This document shows, in pieces, positions 6,841-7,011 of a stretch of 7,011 nt of DNA. This stretch comes from Paraspadella gotoi. Its lineage: Eukaryota > Animalia > Chaetognatha. A program made the position numbers and the translations under genes. The notes below the pieces were generated by a model. It saw only the letters and a program-made list of their open reading frames with translations, was not told the origin of the DNA and did not search any database. The DNA is taken from the NCBI GenBank assembly GCA_051294375.1, contig JBJCIZ010001525.1, positions 1-7,011 on the forward strand, in the 5' to 3' direction. Position 1 is the stretch's first letter; each line of letters opens with the position of its first letter.

Positions 6841-6959
6841 CGATGATCTCTTTCTTCATATTCCTCTTTGGCGTCTTTAACCGCACAAGCGACGCCAAAC
6901 TGGGCTGGTCAGTCTCAAAACCGAAGCTGCCCGACAGCGACTGAGGCTGAAGACATCGA

Positions 6960-6977
6960 CCGACACCGCCGACACCG
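6960..6977 (+). repeat. Two tandem copies of CCGACACCG
   Basis: Exact 9-bp tandem duplication in a CCGAC-rich context. Confidence 0.6.
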
Positions 6978-7011
6978 ACCGCCTTCGTTTTCTTCGTTTA
7001 ATTTTCTTCAT

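Noticed and set aside
6877-7011. 44-aa basic minus-strand ORF starting at the last three bases (MKKIKRRKRRR...)
   Set aside because: Start sits at the window edge, context unknown, short, no recognisable similarity.
1-7011. tRNA, rRNA, SL1 leader, CRISPR, transposase or reverse transcriptase
   Set aside because: No cloverleaf, leader sequence, regular repeat-spacer array or catalytic motif found by eye; an Rfam/Dfam scan would be needed to exclude divergent cases.

Overview
No recognisable protein-coding gene, RNA gene, CRISPR array or autonomous mobile element is present. The window reads as eukaryotic non-coding (intergenic, intronic or UTR) DNA in which roughly a fifth to a quarter of bases lie in simple repeats: five (GA)n tracts on the + strand, four CT-rich tracts, (ACG)n, (GAT)n, (GGC)n, (GAAA)n and 7-/9-bp minisatellites. 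CpG is abundant, suggesting a weakly methylated invertebrate-type genome (inference). Most listed ORFs are translations of low-complexity tracts and none shows a domain I recognise. Non-repeat signals worth following up: three short (47-54 nt) GT...AG intron-like segments, two ending in the nematode-type TTTCAG; a perfect 18-bp palindrome with a Helitron-like CTRR/T context; and a ~1.1-kb AT-rich block bracketed by a 15-bp perfect inverted repeat lying in oppositely oriented G-run clusters. None of this establishes a new biological system.
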